Translations under genes and position numbers: made by a program
Notes under the pieces: generated by a model
The model's database searches: none
Told to the model about the DNA's origin: nothing
Seen by the model: only the letters and a program-made list of their open reading frames with translations
Shown: piece after piece, positions 61,509 to 64,000 of the stretch
Layout of the letters: each line of letters begins with the position of its first letter
How positions within the stretch are numbered: the first letter of the stretch is position 1
DNA from: Tubiluchus corallicola
Taxonomy: Eukaryota > Animalia > Priapulida
Reading direction: 5' to 3'
Length of the DNA stretch: 64,000 nucleotides
Assembly (NCBI GenBank): GCA_030141605.1
Contig: JAQGDQ010000151.1
Coordinates: forward strand, 186,001 to 250,000

Positions 61509-62918
61509 TGTTATGAATAAATTTCGGAATCATGAATTAAGTGATTAATTAATGAAGTTATCAACTTCATCAGATTATGTTGATAAAGAGACCTCCAAAT
61601 TGGATCAGTGAAATTTATTAAGAAAATATGGGAACTCACTTAGCTGATAAAGCCTATATTTATATTAAGGCAAGGAATTATTGTCACAAGAGATGTGTTT
61701 ACAAGTAATAGAACAGGTGTTCATTTAGAGAGGAAAAGTTTGTCACAGGTGTTTGAATTTAGGAGAAGCGAAGCTGAATTTTATAACATGGAGTGGTTAA
61801 GAGCATATACCTCCTGTAATGTAATGCGAGTTGCTGGACTATAATTGGGAAGGAGCAGGAAGAAGCTCATTTCTTGAACAGAAGTTTATGACCCAAGCGA
61901 CGCGAAGGACAAAGGCGAAGCGGAGTTTCTCAGGTGAGAGGCTACGCGACCTGGACATCTGGTTGAACTATTGCACCACCTTGAGCGTCAGCATGCGAGA
62001 TGATGAAATCTGCGCGAGGGTATATAAGATGGTGTTTGGCAAGGGCTCGGGGGGAAGAGTCGGCGGAGAGGAGTTGGAACTAAGTGGTTGTGGGTGAACC
62101 ACGTGCCGAGAGAGAGAAGAGACTGGAGAAGCAAAGACAACGTAAGACCAGCGTGGACATCGAATCTGCGTACTCAATGAATTGAGCACTGGGCTACGAA
62201 TCAAGTCTTGCAACGGATTTGGAATTGACCAATTGAACAGTCATCATTGGTCATTCCACCAAGTTAAGTGAACTTAACGTATCGTAACTTGAGAGCAACT
62301 CTGCATAGTAAATTCACAGTGTAATAGCACCTTAAGTGCGAAGTGAGGAAATCGTTAAGGGAATCTGTTTAGTATCTCTGGGAGCTAATTATAAATTGTG
62401 AGCGTCTTTGGCGATTAAGTACATATATTGTCATTTAGCAAACTAAGAGTAATTGTTGTAAACAATAAACGGATTTCGTTTAATCATAAATGATTAGTTC
62501 GAGTATGCTTAGAGGTGTCTCAGTTAAGCAACATCGAATTCTGTAAACGAGTCTAAGGATTTGCTGTGTACATTAAGTATTCTACGAGTTCAATTGCGGG
62601 AACTTCTGCTAGATAGCTTTAGAGATTAAGACTCTTTCACAACGCGGAGTCGTAGAAACAATCTTGTGAGAAGAAATCATTGCTCTATATATTTTATCTT
62701 AAGCTCTAGTAGCCGGGTTGAGAATAACCTTTTAGCAATTAATGTATTAGAGGTGAATCCCTCCTTCAGTCTTAAGTCAAGTTTTATACGATCACATGCG
62801 ACAGATAAGATAAGAATCAATATTAATTAGGGAGATTAATATTGCATATTAAAGAGTGACTAAGATAATAAAGTGATAACTGGTACTCGGATCCAGGATC
62901 ATTAAGAAGGAGATAATA
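61509..62918 (+). repeat. 3' LTR (1410 bp)
   Basis: Copy of the 5' LTR with few substitutions and two indels. Confidence 0.92.
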
Positions 62919-62968
62919 GATAGGTGATTAGCAACCGTTGTGGTTAGTTTACACGTGGATACTCCATA

Positions 62969-63870
62969 ATGGCGACGGAACTCGTACGTAATGAGTTGCT
63001 ATCCTATAGTGTACCTTACTTGCACAAAGACGCCGTAGGTGACACAAAAGCTACAAAACGGCAATCTGTAGACAACGATCTGACTGGCAGAGTAAGCAGA
63101 AGATATTTTACAGCTTTAAGAAAGTTAGATGATGAAAATGCTATGCCAATCTTTTATGCCACAGATTTTGCACCCGAAATTTGCTCTTGGTCCAACTGAT
63201 ATGTTCGCTGTGTTAGATAGGTTAAATAGGATTGAATCTTCACTTTTAAATTGCGTGAACTCCACAGTTAAAAATGCCAAATAACATCGCTAAGATGCAA
63301 GCACAGAATGCAAATCAAGTCCGAGTTGTAATCTAGCTCACAAGCACAAAAGTGAACTATAGCAAAGTTGTCACTGAATTCCCATCGTTGAGCACAAATC
63401 ATAATAAGCAAATTGTCGGCGATAACTGCCTCATAATTACTGCCCCTACCAGGTAAATTGCCTCATAGGGTAGGACGACAAAATAATCTACCCACTTCTC
63501 GACCTACATCCAGCAAGCGAGACAGATCTCCTGCAATATTTGGAAACCGTAAAGATATGGGTATGAAAAGCAAAGGGCTACCAAGGCGTGCGCACATAAA
63601 ATTCTTCAATGTGGACGAGAACTATTTAATCGAAGAGATAAAAGATGACATTGAAGGGCAAAATGTGACAGTATTAGAAACAGAATGCATAGAAAATAGC
63701 AGACAATGTAACTGTACCTCTTAATCAAAAAGAAGTTTTAAGCCTGACTTCTAGCTAGGTAGTGGCTCCCAAACACCGTGGATAATTTAATAAAAAATGA
63801 ACTTTCTCTAATTTCCTATAACTGTGCAGGTATTTCTTCGTTTAAACACAAATTCATCAATGATGTGGGT
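62969..63870 (+). mobile_element. Degenerate LINE 5' part (ORF1 pieces and start of AP endonuclease)
   Basis: VRNELLSY...LRKLDD...PIFYA and AIFGNRK...PRRAHI..FNV resemble invertebrate LINE ORF1; LSLISYNCAG near 63800 resembles an endonuclease N-terminus. Confidence 0.6.
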
Positions 63871-64000
63871 TTTAAAGACTTAAATACCGACCCTACGGTG
63901 GGACCGGAATCTTATGAAAAAACACGTAAGCGGGCATATTGCACCCACTAACTGCAATTGTGATAGATTATCTGTTGTAGAAATAAAGAGTTCCGAAACA

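Larger units (their letters stand above)
55116..62918 (+). mobile_element. Full-length non-autonomous Gypsy-type LTR retrotransposon (7.8 kb)
   Basis: LTRs 55116-56547 and 61509-62918, nearly identical; TSD GATA (55112-55115, 62919-62922); PBS and PPT present; gag plus degenerate protease; no recognisable RT, RNase H or integrase ORF. Confidence 0.93.

Noticed and set aside
55556-62213. Duplicated 81-aa minus-strand ORFs (55556-55801, 61968-62213)
   Set aside because: They are duplicated only because they lie within the two LTRs; no domain is recognisable.

Overview
AT-rich, intron-containing animal DNA, probably from an invertebrate (inferred from splice sites and transposon families). Host genes: the 3' end of a polycystin-1-like (PKD1L/REJ) gene on + (1.7-6.2 kb); a translocon-associated protein delta (SSR4) gene on - (22.9-32.7 kb) whose normal transmembrane last exon I cannot find; and the 5' end of a signal-peptide + WSC-domain gene on + (43.3-49.5 kb). 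Most of the rest is mobile DNA: several LINE fragments, the 5' half of a Gmr1-order (PR-IN-RT) Gypsy element joined to the 3' half of a BEL/Pao element, an R2-like RT fragment outside rDNA, hAT and pogo derivatives, inverted copies of an intron-containing CaRF/Mutator-like gene fragment, and a complete RT-less LTR element with an inverted solo LTR next to it. The most unexpected feature is not in the ORF track: an intronless, frameshifted, divergent two-repeat TATA-binding-protein-like gene (46410-46996). It overlaps a Polinton/virus-type nuclease-like ORF remnant and is followed by TTAGGG-like repeats and a GC-rich hairpin, which suggests a virus-like mobile element carrying its own TBP. All calls come from manual translation and motif recognition; no searches were run.
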